A stretch of DNA of 64,000 bases from contig NC_090354.1 in NCBI RefSeq assembly GCF_035084215.1, positions 5,270,001-5,334,000 on the forward strand, read 5' to 3'. The translations under genes and the position numbers were made by a program. This document shows, one piece after another, positions 63,528-64,000 of the stretch. The notes under the pieces were generated by a model. That model had not been told where the DNA came from and searched no databases. It worked only from the letters and a program-made list of their open reading frames with translations. Source of the stretch: Heptranchias perlo (lineage: Eukaryota). Positions within the stretch are counted from its first letter, which is position 1. Every line of letters starts with the position of its first letter.

Positions 63528-63876
63528 GGTGGCCTCTCCCTATCTCTGTGACCTCCTCCATCCCTATAACCCTCTGAGATCTCTGAGCTCCTCCAATTCT
63601 TGCCTCTTGGGCATCCCCGATTTTAATCGCTCCACCATTGGCGGCCGTGTCTTCCGCTGCCTAGGCCCTGAGCTCTGTAATTCCCTCCCTAAACCTCTCC
63701 GCCTCTCTCTCCTCCTTTAAGACGCTCCTTAAAACCTACCTCTTTGACCAAGCTTTTGGTCACCTGTCCTAATATGTGGCTCGGTGTCCAATTTTGTTTG
63801 ATAATCGCTCCTGTGAAGCGCCTTGGGACATTTTACTATGTTAAAGGCGCTGTATAAATGCAAGTTGTTGCTGTTG
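63528..63876 (+). mobile_element. L2-clade LINE 3' fragment
   Basis: STIGGRVFRCLGPELCNSLP; AAATGCAAGTTGTTG tail. Confidence 0.88.
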
Positions 63877-64000
63877 AATGCAAAATTATTTTAATAATAA
63901 ATCTACTTATTTTTCCTTTCTCATTTGATGCTGGATTATTGGGAAACCGAACAATATAAGAACAACACACCAGAGACATATGGATGTCAGGCAGGCACAG

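Overview
Eukaryotic, gene-poor and repeat-dense vertebrate DNA. The repeat inventory (CR1 and L2 LINE fragments, Deu-domain SINEs, a Penelope-like fragment, MITEs) suggests a cartilaginous fish, which is an inference. The only confidently recognisable host gene is one intact tRNA-Cys(GCA) at 40658-40729. The longest non-repetitive ORFs are 5'-truncated CR1 reverse transcriptase remnants; the best (60059-61705) keeps QGSVLGP and FADD. The other ORFs over 200 aa come from tandem repeats or read into a LINE remnant. I could not name any host protein-coding gene; a few candidate exons near 2.4-9.6 kb are given at low confidence. Notable structures are a minimal hammerhead-ribozyme fold (2633-2673), a triple-nested CR1 stack (16824-19770), a 27-bp CpG-rich VNTR inside a Harbinger-type MITE (41896-43240), a tRNA with no close T4 terminator just upstream of a sense CR1 tail, and two SINE/LINE pairs sharing 3' tails. 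I see no convincing evidence for a wholly new biological system. Family names come from recognition, not database searches, and boundaries of old repeats are approximate.
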